Source: Macrostomum lignano
Taxonomy: Eukaryota
Direction of reading: 5' to 3'
DNA: 64,000 nt
Assembly (NCBI GenBank): GCA_002269645.1
Contig: NIVC01001833.1
Coordinates: forward strand, 124,001 to 188,000
Part shown: positions 43,500 through 57,464 of the stretch, in pieces
Position numbering within the stretch: position 1 is the first letter of the stretch
Layout of the letters: the number at the start of each line of letters is the position of its first letter
Notes under the pieces: generated by a model
Told to the model about the DNA's origin: nothing
The model's input: the letters and a program-made list of their open reading frames with translations, nothing else
Database searches by the model: none
Made by a program: the position numbers and the translations under genes

Positions 43500-46400
43500 T
43501 GTTAATCTCCCCATAGGATCTTAAATTCTCAACTGAGAACCTCCCCATGGGATACTAGATCCTCATTCCCAACTGAGAACCTCCCCATTGGATCCTATAG
43601 ATCCTAATTCCTAACTGAGAATCTCCCCATGGGATCCTAGATCCTCCTTCCTAACTGAGAACCTCCCCATGGGATCCTAGATCCTCCTTCCTAACTGAGA
43701 ACCTCCCCATGGGATCCTAGATCCTCCTTCCTAACTGAGAATCTCCCCATGGGATCCTAGATCCTCCTTCCTAACTGAGAATCTCCCCAATGGATCCTAG
43801 ATCCTCCTTCCTAACTGAGAATCTCCCCATGGGATCCTAGATCCTCCTTCCTAACTGAGAATCTCCCCATGGGATCCTAGATCCTCATTCCTAACTGAGA
43901 ATCTCCCCATGGGATCCTAGACCTAGATCCTCATTCCCAACTGAGAATCTCCCTATGGGATCCTAGATCCTCATTCCCAACTGAGAATCTCCCCATCGGA
44001 TCCTAGATCCTCCTTCCTAACTGAGAATCTCCCCATGGGATCCTAGATCCTCATTCCCAACTGAGTATCTCCCCATGGGATCCTAGATCCTCATTCCCAA
44101 CTGAGAATCTCCCCATGGGATCCTAGATCCTCATTACCAACTGAGAATCTCCCCATGGGATCCTAGATCCTCATTCCCAACTGAGAATCTCCCCATGGGA
44201 TCCTAGATCCTCATTCCCAACTGAGAATCTCCCTATGGGATACTAAATCCTCATTCCCAACTGAGAATCTCCCCATGGGATCCTAGATCCTCATTCCCAA
44301 CTGAGAATCTCCCCATCGGATCCTAGATCCTCCTTCCTAACTGAGAATCTCCCCATGGGATCCTAGATCCTCATTCCCAACTGAGAATCTCCCCATGGGA
44401 TCCTAGATCCTCATTCCCAACTGAGAATCTCCCCATGGGATCCTATAGATCCTCATTCCTAACTGAGAATCTCCCCATGGGATCCTAGATCCTCATTCCC
44501 AACTGAGAATCTCCCCATGGGATCCTAGATCCTCCTTCCTAACTGAGAATCTCCCCAATGGATCCTAGATCCTCCTTCCTAACTGAGAATCTCCCCATGG
44601 GATCCTAGATCCTCCTTCCTAACTGAGAATCTCCCCATGGGATCCTAGATCCTCATTCCTAACTGAGAATCTCCCCATGGGATCCTAGACCTAGATCCTC
44701 ATTCCCAACTGAGAATCTCCCTATGGGATCCTAGATCCTCATTCCCAACTGAGAATCTCCCCATCGGATCCTAGATCCTCCTTCCTAACTGAGAATCTCC
44801 CCATGGGATCCTAGATCCTCATTCCCAACTGAGAATCTCCCCATGGGATCCTAGATCCTCATTCCCAACTGAGAATCTCCCCATGGGATCCTATAGATCC
44901 TCATTCCTAACTGAGAATCTCCCCATGGGATCCTAGATCCTCATTCCCAACTGAGAATCTCCCCATGGGATCCTATAGATCCTCATTCCTAACTGAGAAT
45001 CTCCCCATGGGATCCTAGATCCTCATTCCCAACTGAGAATCTCCCCATGGGATCCTAGATCCTCATTCCCAACTGAGAATCTCCCCATGGGATCCTATAG
45101 ATCCTCATTCCTAACTGAGAATCTCCCCATGGGATCCTAGATCCTCATTCCCAACTGAGAATCTCCCCATGGGATCCTAGATCCTCCTTCCTAACTGAGA
45201 ATCTCCCCAATGGATCCTAGATCCTCCTTCCTAACTGAGAATCTCCCCATGGGATCCTAGATCCTCCTTCCTAACTGAGAATCTCCCCATGGGATCCTAG
45301 ATCCTCATTCCTAACTGAGAATCTCCCCATGGGATCCTAGACCTAGATCCTCATTCCCAACTGAGAATCTCCCTATGGGATCCTAGATCCTCATTCCCAA
45401 CTGAGAATCTCCCCATCGGATCCTAGATCCTCCTTCCTAACTGAGAATCTCCCCATGGGATCCTAGATCCTCATTCCCAACTGAGAATCTCCCCATGGGA
45501 TCCTAGATCCTCATTCCCAACTGAGAATCTCCCCATGGGATCCTATAGATCCTCATTCCTAACTGAGAATCTCCCCATGGGATCCTAGATCCTCATTCCC
45601 AACTGAGAATCTCCCCATGGGATCCTATAGATCCTCATTCCCAACTGAGAATCTCCCCATGGGATCCTAGATCCTCATTCCCAACTGAGAATCTCCCCAT
45701 GGGATCCTAGATCCTCATTCCCAACTGAGAATCTCCCTATGGGATACTAAATCCTAATTCCCAACTGAGAATCTCCCCATGGGATCCTATAGATCCTCAT
45801 TCCCAACTGAGAATCTCCCCATGGGATCCTAGATCCTCATTCCCAACTGAGAATCTCCCTATGGGATCCTAGATCCTCATTCCCAACTGAGAATCTCCCC
45901 ATGGGATCCTAGATCCTCATTCCCAACTGAGAATCTCCCCATCGGATCCTAGATCCTCCTTCCTAACTGAGAATCTCCCCATGGGATCCTAGATCCTCAT
46001 TCCCAACTGAGAATCTCCCCATGGGATCCTAGATCCTCATTCCCAACTGAGAATCTCCCCATGGGATCCTAGATCCTCATTCCCAACTGAGAATCTCCAC
46101 ATGGGATCCTATAGATCCTCATTCCTAACTGAGAATCTCCCCATGGGATCCTAGATCCTCATTCCCAACTGAGAATCTCCCCATGGGATCCTATAGATCC
46201 TCATTCCCAACTGAGAATCTCCCCATGGGATCCTAGATCCTCATTCCCAACTGAGAATCTCCCCATGGGATCCTATAGATCCTCATTCCCAACTGAGAAT
46301 CTCCCTATGGGATACTAAATCCTAATTCCCAACTGAGAATCTCCCCATGGGATCCTATAGATCCTCATTCCCAACTGAGAATCTCCCCATGGGATCCTAT

Positions 46401-49400
46401 AGATCCTCATTCCCAACTGAGAATCTCCCTATGGGATCCTAGATCCTCATTCCCAACTGAGAATCTCCCCATGGGATCCTAGATCCTCATTCCCAACTGA
46501 GAATCTCCCCATCGGATCCTAGATCCTCCTTCCTAACTGAGAATCTCCCCATGGGATCCTAGATCCTCATTCCCAACTGAGAATCTCCCCATGGGATCCT
46601 AGATCCTCATTCCCAACTGAGAATCTCCCCATGGGATCCTATAGATCCTCATTCCTAACTGAGAATCTCCCCATGGGATCCTAGATCCTCATTACCAACT
46701 GAGTATCTCCCAATGGGATCCTAGACACTCATTCCCAACTGAGAATCTCCCCATGGGATCCTAGATCCTCATTACCAACTGAGAATCTCCCCATGGGATC
46801 CTAGATCCTCATTCCCAACTGAGAATCTCCCCATGGGATCCTAGATCCTCATTCCCAACTGAGAATCTCCCTATGGGATCTAATCCTCATTCCCAACTGA
46901 GAATCTCCCCATGGGATCCTAGATCCTCATTCCCAACTGAGAATCTCCCCATCGGATCCTAGATCCTCCTTCCTAACTGAGAATCTCCCCATGGGATCCT
47001 AGATCCTCATTCCCAACTGAGAATCTCCCCATCGGATCCTAGATCCTCCTTCCTAACTGAGAATCTCCCCATGGGATCCTAGATCCTCATTCCCAACTGA
47101 GAATCTCCCCATGGGATCCTAGATCCTCATTCCCAACTGAGAATCTCCCTATGGGATACTAAATCCTAATTCCCAACTGAGAATCTCCCCATGGGATCCT
47201 ATAGATCCTCATTCCCAACTGAGAATCTCCCCATGGGATCCTAGATCCTCATTCCCAACTGAGAATCTCCCTATGGGATCCTAGATCCTCATTCCCAACT
47301 GAGAATCTCCCCATGGGATCCTAGATCCTCATTCCCAACTGAGAATCTCCCCATGGGATCCTAGATCCTCATTCCTAACTGAGAATCTCCCCATGGGATC
47401 CTAGATCCTCATTCCCAACTGAGAATCTCCCCATGGGATCCTAGATCCTCATTCCCAACTGAGAATCTCCCCATGGGATCCTATAGATCCTCATTCCTAA
47501 CTGAGAATCTCCCCATGGGATCCTAGATCCTCATTCCCAACTGAGAATCTCCCCATGGGATCCTAGATCCTCATTCCCAACTGAGAATCTCCCCATGGGA
47601 TCCTAGATCCTCATTCCAACTGAGAATCTCCCCATGGGATCCTAGATCCTCATTCCCAACTGAGAATCTCCCCATGGGATCCTAGATCCTCATTCCCAAC
47701 TGAGAATCTCCCTATGGGATCTAATCCTCATTCCCAACTGAGAATCTCCCCATGGGATCCTAGATCCTCATTCCCAACTGAGAATCTCCCCATGGGATCC
47801 TAGATCCTCATTCCTAACTGAGAATCTCCCCATGGGATCCTAGATCCTCATTCCCAACTGAGAATCTCCCCATGGGATCCTAGATCCTCATTCCCAACTG
47901 AGAATCTCCCCATGGGATCCTATAGATCCTCATTCCTAACTGAGAATCTCCCCATGGGATCCTAGATCCTCATTCCCAACTGAGAATCTCCCCATGGGAT
48001 CCTAGATCCTCATTCCCAACTGAGAATCTCCCCATGGGATCCTAGATCCTCATTCCCAACTGAGAATCTCCCCATGGGATCCTATAGATCCTCATTCCCA
48101 ACTGAGAATCTCCCTATGGGATCCTAAATCCTCATTCCCAACTGAGAATCTCCCCATGGGATCCTATAGATCCTCATTCCCAACTGAGAATCTCCCCATG
48201 GGATCCTAGATCCTCATTCCCAACTGAGAATCTCCCCATGGGATCCTAGATCCTCATTCCCAACTGAGAATCTCCCCATGGGATCCTAGATCCTCATTCC
48301 CAACTGAGAATCTCCCCATGGGATCCTAGATCCTCATTCCCAACTGAGAATCTCCCCATGGGATCCTAGATCCTCATTCCAACTGAGAATCTCCCCATGG
48401 GATCCTAGATCCTCATTCCCAACTGAGAATCTCCCCATGGGATCCTAGATCCTCATTCCCAACTGAGAATCTCCCCATGGGATCCTAGATCCTCATTCCC
48501 AACTGAGAATCTCCCCATGGGATCCTAGATCCTCATTCCCAACTGAGAATCTCCCCATGGGATCCTAGATCCTCATTCCCAACTGAGAATCTCCCCATGG
48601 GATCCTAGATCCTCATTCCCAACTGAGAATCTCCCCATGGGATCCTAGATCCTCATTCCCAACTGAGAATCTCCCCATGGGATCCTAGATCCTCATTCCC
48701 AACTGAGAATCTCCCCATGGGATCCTAGATCCTCATTCCCAACTGAGAATCTCCCCATCGGATCCTAGATCCTCCTTCCTAACTGAGAATCTCCCCATGG
48801 GATCCTAGATCCTCATTCCCAACTGAGAATCTCCCCATGGGATCCTAGATCCTCATTCCCAACTGAGAATCTCCCCATGGGATCCTAGATCCTCATTCCC
48901 AACTGAGAATCTCCCCATGGGATCCTAGATCCTCATTCCCAACTGAGAATCTCCCCATGGGATCCTAGATCCTCATTCCCAACTGAGAATCTCCCCATGG
49001 GATCCTATAGATCCTCATTCCCAACTGAGAATCTCCCCATGGGATCCTAGATCCTCATTCCCAACTGAGAATCTCCCCATCGGATCCTAGATCCTCATTC
49101 CTAACTGAGAATCTCCCCATGGGATCCTAGATCCTCATTCCCAACTGAGAATCTCCCCATGGGATCCTAGATCCTCATTCCCAACTGAGAATCTCCCCAT
49201 GGGATCCTAGATCCTCATTCCTAACTGAGAATCTCCCCATGGGATCCTAGATCCTCATTCCCAACTGAGAATCTCCCCATGGGATCCTAGATCCTCATTC
49301 CCAACTGAGAATCTCCCCATGGGATCCTAGATCCTCATTCCAACTGAGAATCTCCCCATGGGATCCTAGATCCTCATTCCCAACTGAGAATCTCCCCATG

Positions 49401-52400
49401 GGATCCTAGATCCTCATTCCCAACTGAGAATCTCCCCATGGGATCCTAGATCCTCATTCCCAACTGAGAATCTCCCCATGGGATCCTAGATCCTCATTCC
49501 CAACTGAGAATCTCCCCATGGGATCCTAGATCCTCATTCCCAACTGAGAATCTCCCCATGGGATCCTAGATCCTCATTCCCAACTGAGAATCTCCCCATG
49601 GGATCCTAGATCCTCATTCCCAACTGAGAATCTCCCCATGGGATCCTAGATCCTCATTCCCAACTGAGAATCTCCCCATGGGATCCTAGATCCTCATTCC
49701 CAACTGAGAATCTCCCCATGGGATCCTAGATCCTCCCCAACTGAGAATCTCCCCATGGGATCCTAGATCCTCATTCCCAACTGAGAATCTCCCCATGGGA
49801 TCCTAGATCCTCATTCCCAACTGAGAATCTCCCCATGGGATCCTAGATCCTCATTCCTAACTGAGAATCTCCCCATGGGATCCTAGATCCTCATTCCCAA
49901 CTGAGAATCTCCCCATGGGATCCTAGATCCTCATTCCCAACTGAGAATCTCCCCATGGGATCCTAGATCCTCATTCCCAACTGAGAATCTCCCCATGGGA
50001 TCCTAGATCCTCATTCCCAACTGAGAATCTCCCCATGGGATCCTATAGATCCTCATTCCCAACTGAGAATCTCCCCATGGGATCCTAGATCCTCATTCCC
50101 AACTGAGAATCTCCCCATGGGATCCTATAGATCCTCATTCCCAACTGAGAATCTCCCTATGGGATCCTAGATCCTCATTCCCAACTGAGAATCTCCCCAT
50201 GGGATCCTAGATCCTCATTCCCAACTGAGAATCTCCCCATGGGATCCTAGATCCTCATTCCCAACTGAGAATCTCCCCATGGGATCCTAGATCCTCATTC
50301 CCAACTGAGAATCTCCCCATGGGATCCTAGATCCTCATTCCCAACTGAGAATCTCCCCATGGGATCCTAGATCCTCATTCCAACTGAGAATCTCCCCATG
50401 GGATCCTAGATCCTCATTCCCAACTGAGAATCTCCCCATGGGATCCTAGATCCTCATTCCCAACTGAGAATCTCCCCATGGGATCCTAGATCCTCATTCC
50501 AACTGAGAATCTCCCCATGGGATCCTAGATCCTCATTCCCAACTGAGAATCTCCCCATGGGATCCTAGATCCTCATTCCCAACTGAGAATCTCCCCATGG
50601 GATCCTAGATCCTCATTCCCAACTGAGAATCTCCCCATGGGATCCTAGATCCTCATTCCCAACTGAGAATCTCCCCATGGGATCCTAGATCCTCATTCCC
50701 AACTGAGAATCTCCCCATGGGATCCTAGATCCTCATTCCCAACTGAGAATCTCCCCATGGGATCCTAGATCCTCATTCCCAACTGAGAATCTCCCCATGG
50801 GATCCTAGATCCTCATTCCCAACTGAGAATCTCCCCATGGGATCCTAGATCCTCATTCCCAACTGAGAATCTCCCCATGGGATCCTAGATCCTCATTCCC
50901 AACTGAGAATCTCCCCATGGGATCCTAGATCCTCATTCCCAACTGAGAATCTCCCCATGGGATCCTAGATCCTCATTCCCAACTGAGAATCTCCCCATGG
51001 GATCCTAGATCCTCATTCCCAACTGAGAATCTCCCCATGGGATCCTAGATCCTCATTCCCAACTGAGAATCTCCCCATGGGATCCTAGATCCTCATTCCT
51101 AACTGAGAATCTCCCCATGGGATCCTAGATCCTCATTCCCAACTGAGAATCTCCCCATGGGATCCTAGATCCTCATTCCCAACTGAGAATCTCCCCATGG
51201 GATCCTAGATCCTCATTCCTAACTGAGAATCTCCCCATGGGATCCTAGATCCTCATTCCCAACTGAGAATCTCCCCATGGGATCCTAGATCCTCATTCCC
51301 AACTGAGAATCTCCCCATGGGATCCTAGATCCTCATTCCAACTGAGAATCTCCCCATGGGATCCTAGATCCTCATTCCCAACTGAGAATCTCCCCATGGG
51401 ATCCTAGATCCTCATTCCCAACTGAGAATCTCCCCATGGGATCCTAGATCCTCATTCCCAACTGAGAATCTCCCCATGGGATCCTAGATCCTCATTCCCA
51501 ACTGAGAATCTCCCCATGGGATCCTAGATCCTCATTCCCAACTGAGAATCTCCCCATGGGATCCTAGATCCTCATTCCCAACTGAGAATCTCCCCATGGG
51601 ATCCTAGATCCTCATTCCCAACTGAGAATCTCCCCATGGGATCCTAGATCCTCATTCCCAACTGAGAATCTCCCCATGGGATCCTAGATCCTCATTCCCA
51701 ACTGAGAATCTCCCCATGGGATCCTAGATCCTCATTCCCAACTGAGAATCTCCCCATGGGATCCTAGATCCTCATTCCCAACTGAGAATCTCCCCATGGG
51801 ATCCTAGATCCTCATTCCCAACTGAGAATCTCCCTATGGGATCCTAGATCCTCATTCCCAACTGAGAATCTCCCCATGGGATCCTAGATCCTCATTCCCA
51901 ACTGAGAATCTCCCCATGGGATCCTAGATCCTCATTCCCAACTGAGAATCTCCCCATGGGATCCTAGATCCTCATTCCCAACTGAGAATCTCCCCATGGG
52001 ATCCTAGATCCTCATTCCCAACTGAGAATCTCCCCATGGGATCCTAGATCCTCATTCCTAACTGAGAATCTCCCCATGGGATCCTAGATCCTCATTCCCA
52101 ACTGAGAATCTCCCCATGGGATCCTAGATCCTCATTCCCAACTGAGAATCTCCCCATGGGATCCTAGATCCTCATTCCCAACTGAGAATCTCCCCATGGG
52201 ATCCTAGATCCTCATTCCCAACTGAGAATCTCCCCATGGGATCCTAGATCCTCATTCCCAACTGAGAATCTCCCCATGGGATCCTAGATCCTCATTCCCA
52301 ACTGAGAATCTCCCCATGGGATCCTAGATCCTCATTCCCAACTGAGAATCTCCCCATGGGATCCTAGATCCTCATTCCCAACTGAGAATCTCCCCATGGG

Positions 52401-52630
52401 ATCCTAGATCCTCATTCCCAACTGAGAATCTCCCCATGGGATCCTAGATCCTCATTCCCAACTGAGAATCTCCCCATGGGATCCTAGATCCTCATTCCCA
52501 ACTGAGAATCTCCCCATGGGATCCTAGATCCTCATTCCCAACTGAGAATCTCCCCATGGGATCCTAGATCCTCATTCCCAACTGAGAATCTCCCCATGGG
52601 ATCCTAGATCCTCATTCCCAACTGAGAATT
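43500..52630. repeat. ~9.1-kb satellite of a 40-bp unit (ACTGAGAATCTCCCCATGGGATCCTAGATCCTCATTCCCA), roughly 225 copies by length
   Basis: Directly visible; the left end is degenerate and the right third nearly invariant. Confidence 0.98.
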
Positions 52631-54389
52631 CTCCCCTCATGGAATTTCCAATAATTTCAAATTCGCTATTGAAGTGGTGAATCTCGTTTCCCATTTAATA
52701 AGGGGATTCTAATTTTCTTAAAGATAGTTATAAAATGTTATAATTAAATTAAAATGTGGGATAAAACGTAATGAGATGAGTTAACGGTTGCCAGGAGAGC
52801 TAGCGAGGTGTTCAGATGGACTTGGACAAAGCAAATTTTGAACAAAAACTTCATTTCTGACGTATTTGTTACACAAAACCGCTTTGCCTAATTAATTAAT
52901 ACATAGCACATCTAAACAACCCACTACCTCACCTCGGTAAATTTGATTAACAAATTAACAACCGATTAAATATATAATTATTAATCACTTGTAGTTTCGT
53001 TTGGTTCGGTTTGCAGCCTTTGCTAAAAAAAACGCCGCATAAGCAAAAATTTCGCAATAAAACAAAACTGGCCCCCTCGCTTACGCACAGAAGTCTCCGG
53101 TGGCGCACAGATTTTTTTCTTAAGCCGACGATTATTAGGCGACGAAAAATTTTGGAGCTCCCGTCCCGTCCCGCCGGGCCCGCCCCGATTCCGCCCGGCC
53201 AGAAAATCGTTGGCGCGTTGCGGGCAAACGGGGGAGGGAGGGCCTTGAAAAGCCATGGAAATATATATATTTTTAACCCCCCCCCTCCTGCCCGCAGGGG
53301 CTTGTTGGGTTGAGGTTGGGCCCGCCGCCGGCCGGCACCAGGAGGGTATGAGATTTCTACTGTGCAGCGGCGGGGACTATGGCGTGGAATTGGGTATAGA
53401 GAGCTAGTCTAAAAAACGTTTGGCTGAACGGAGGGGGTTGGGACTGCGAGACTTGCGGGGGCGCGGGTTGGTTGTGCCTTTGTCTGGGGTGGTGGGCGCA
53501 ACAACACCCCCGGGCCACCACTCCCCCTCCTCCCCGGCCACCCCCCTCCGCTAAGTGGAGTGGAGGCCCTGGTTGTAAACTGACGTCAGGTCTATTAATA
53601 AAACGTGCTCCCCTCCCCCAGCCGGCCACGGGCCCTGGAGGGTTTGGATAGAGAAGGGAGTTATTACATTGAAGCGAGAATGGTCCTAGACTTGAACTAT
53701 ATAAAACTGGCAAATCCAAGCGTCGTGCATGTACATACACACACACACACATATACACACCGCGAACACAGTGACGCCCACCATCCCAAGGCTGCGCAAA
53801 TAATCACGTGCCCCTCCCCGCAATTTTTTACAGAACTAATACTGACTTTGCGCTTGCGGTTTATGGAAGGGTAAGGGAGGGGGGGGCAGCGGCGGCGGGT
53901 GCGGGACGAGAGGCCGGGACTTGGAAGCCATGCATTTGGCCTGGCTCACTGTCTGGCTTGGGCTAAGAAAGGAACTCGGTTAGAGAAATTTATCAAGCCC
54001 CAGCTGGTCCAGTTCTTCCTTACAGCAAACACCGACCCCCGACCCGTTCTCTCTCCCCTCTCTCAAACGCCCCACCAAACTAAAACTAAATCAAACCACC
54101 CCGCCCGCTGGTGCGGGGAGGGGTGGGAGTCTGACTATCGGGACAGATTTTCAACTTGCAGTTGGGACAGCTGGGAGACACCCGCTTGGACTGATCGGCC
54201 AATAAGGCTTAATACCTAAAGCCCTACAGTTACAGAGCCTTAACCGCTTTGTGCTAAATATTACGAAATGATCGAAAAACAGACAAAAAACCTAAACCTC
54301 TGCTTCCTAGGTTTAAATTTATTAAGGAAACCTCTGCTTATGGAGTCCAGGGCCAGGCATTAGATTTATATTTTGGCAAGGCCGAAAAC

Positions 54390-54610
54390 CAATGACGGAT
54401 ACACGGGGGTCAAGAGGGTCAGCTGACCCCCTGAGAAAATTAAGGGGGTCATTGACTCCATGGAAATTTGAAACAAAAATTTTACTGTTTTGTATGTGCA
54501 AGGGTTAGAGTCTGGATCTGGACTGAGAGCAAAACATTACTCAATTGCGGCTCCAGGGGGGGTCAGCTGACCCCTGACCCCGTAGTGAAAAATCCTGAAC
54601 CCACCCCCAG
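54390..54610. mobile_element. Degenerate MITE-like element with ~28-bp subterminal inverted repeats containing the GGGTCAGCTGACCC palindrome
   Basis: Left ACGGGGGTCAAGAGGGTCAGCTGACCCCC aligns with the reverse complement of the right arm (ACGGGGTCAGGGGTCAGCTGACCCCC). Termini are degraded; no TSD found. Confidence 0.5.
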
Positions 54611-54614
54611 CCCC

Positions 54615-56730
54615 GGCCGCAGGTGAGATTTATCGCCAATTAAGCGCCACAAGTGAGATTTATCGCCAATTAAGCGCCACAGGTGAGATTTATCGCTAAT
54701 TAAGCGCCACAGGTGAGACTTATCGTCAATTAAGCGCCGCAGGTGAGATTTATCGTCAATTAAGCGCCGCAGGTGAGATTCTAGCTCCGCAGGTGAGATT
54801 CTAGCGCCGCAGGTGAGATTCTAGCTCTGCAGGTGAGATTCTAGCTCCGCAGGTGAGATTCTAGCGCCGCAGGTGAGATTCTAGCTCTGCAGGTGAGATT
54901 CTAGCTCCGCAGGTGAGATTCTAGCTCCGCAGGTGAGATTCTAGCTCCGCAGGTGAGATTCTAGCTCCGCAGGTGAGATTCTAGCGCCGCAGGTGAGATT
55001 CTAGCGCCGCAAGTGAGATTCTAGCGCCGCAGGTGAGATTCTAGCGCCGCATGTGAGATTCTAGCGCCAATTAAGCGTCCCAGGTGAGATTCTAGCTCCG
55101 CAGATGAGATTCTAGCTCCGCAGATGAGATTCTAGCTCCGTAGGTGAGATTCTAACGCCACAGGTGAGATTCTAGCGCCGCAGGTGAGATTCTAGCGCCG
55201 CAGGTGAGATTCTAGCGCCGCAGGTGAGATTCTAGCTCCGCAGGTGAGATTCTAGCTCCGCAGGTGAGATTCTAGCGCCGCAGGTGAGATTCTAGCGCCG
55301 CAGGTGAGATTCTAGCGCCGCAGTTGAGATTCTAGCGCCTATCAAGCGCCGCATGTGAGATTCTAGCGCCAATCAAGCGCCGCATGTCATGTGAGATTCT
55401 AGCGCCAATTAAGCGTCCCAGGTGAGATTTTAGCGCCACAGGTGAGATTTTAGCGCCGCAGGTGAGATTCTAGCGCCGCAGGTGAGATTCTAGCGCCGCA
55501 GGTGAGATTCTAGCTCCGCAGGTGAGATTCTAGCTCCGCAGGTGAGATTCTAGCGCCGCAGGTGAGATTCTAGCGCCGCAGTTGAGATTCTAGCGCCGCA
55601 GGTGAGATTCTAGCGCCGCAGGTGAGATTCTAGCGCCGCAGTTGAGATTCTAGCGCCGCAGTTGAGATTCTAGCGCCTATCAAGCGCCGCATGTGAGATT
55701 CTAGCGCCAATCAAGCGCCGCATGTCATGTGAGATTCTAGCGCCAATTAAGCGTCCCAGGTGAGATTTTAGCGCCACAGGTGAGATTTTAGCGCCGCAGG
55801 TGAGATTCTAGCGCCGCAGGTGAGATTCTAGCGCCGCAGGTGAGATTCTAGCGCCACAGGTGAGATTTTAGCGCCGCAGGTGAGATTCTAGCGCCGCAGG
55901 TGAGATTCTAGCGCCGCAGTTGAGATTCTAGCGCCTATCAAGCGCCGCATGTCATGTGAGATTCTAGCGCCAATTAAGCGTCCCAGGTGAGATTTTAGCG
56001 CCACAGGTGAGATTTTAGCGCCGCAGGTGAGATTCTAGCGCCGCAGGTGAGATTCTAGCGCCGCAGGTGAGATTCTAGCGCCGCAGGTGAGATTCTAGCT
56101 CCGCAGGTGAGATTCTAGCGCCGCAGGTGAGATTCTAGCGCCGCAGTTGAGATTCTAGCGCCGCAGGTGAGATTCTAGCGCCGCAGGTGAGATTCTAGCG
56201 CCGCAGTTGAGATTCTAGCGCCGCAGTTGAGATTCTAGCGCCTATCAAGCGCCGCATGTGAGATTCTAGCGCCAATCAAGCGCCGCATGTCATGTGAGAT
56301 TCTAGCGCCAATTAAGCGTCCCAGGTGAGATTTTAGCGCCACAGGTGAGATTTTAGCGCCGCAGGTGAGATTCTAGCGCCGCAGGTGAGATTCTAGCGCC
56401 GCAGGTGAGATTCTAGCGCCACAGGTGAGATTTTAGCGCCGCAGGTGAGATTCTAGCGCCACAGGTGAGATTCTAGCGCCGCAGTTGAGATTCTAGCGCC
56501 TATCAAGCGCCGCATGTCATGTGAGATTCTAGCGCCAATTAAGCGTCCCAGGTGAGATTTTAGCGCCACAGGTGAGATTCTAGCGCCAATTAAGCGCCGC
56601 AGGTGAGATTCTATCGCCAATTAAGCGCCGCAGGTGAGATTCTAGCGCCAATTAAGCGCCACAGATGAGATTCTAGCGCCAATCAAGCGCCGCAGATGAG
56701 ATTCTAGCGCCGCAGGTGAGATTCTAGGTG
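54615..56730. repeat. 20-bp minisatellite (GCAGGTGAGATTCTAGCGCC) with interspersed 31-mers; same family and orientation as 37145-42950
   Basis: Direct unit comparison. Confidence 0.96.
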
Positions 56731-57464
56731 AGATTTTAGTAACATTTCAATACTGAATATACTATACCCAGTGTACTGTAAGTATTTTTCTAATCTGGCA
56801 CTATCCTGCTGTGCGGGTGTGACGCATTAAATTATATAATAGGAATTAGAAGTACATGTATAGTACTATTGTGCAGTGCACCGTACCGGTGCTCCAGACA
56901 GGCGGTCTGAGGGGGGTCTGGGTAAGGGGGGGGTTGGCCAATGAGCCGTATCGTTTTCTATTTTATTCCCTCTCTGAGCTCTACCTATATAACATTATAG
57001 CAAGCCCATAATAAGTAAAACAACAGACAGAGCAAAAACACTTATTCACAGGTTGGCTTAGTGAAGAAAAAACTTGAGGATAAAAGTATACAAAGATGGA
57101 GAATTGACAAGGGGAATCCTACGCTCATATCATGTTGATTGCTTCGTTTACCATCAGGTGCACTATGCACTATTGAAAGTCCAAAGTGGGACAAGACTGT
57201 ATAGATAAACATTATAAATGCGAGACTAAGGTGTGATTAGCATTTTAGTTTTTAGCCATATATACATGTTATTTAAGAAACTAGCGAACTAGCAACGTTA
57301 GCTAGACGCTTTAATATATAATAACAGTGTGTACTTACATATTTATAATATTGTTATTGCACACACGATAAGGCAGCCATCAATGCCTTCAAATATGAGT
57401 GTCATAATTTAAATATTGTTTACCGATAAAGCGCTTGGTTAGGTTGGGTTTGGGGCTAGAACAT

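Noticed and set aside
53011-54219. Short ORFs in the GC-rich island
   Set aside because: No recognisable motifs, inconsistent strands and no coherent splice structure.
37145-56730. CRISPR-like repeat arrays
   Set aside because: Units abut directly with only point variants and no unique spacers; there are no cas genes and the context is eukaryotic.
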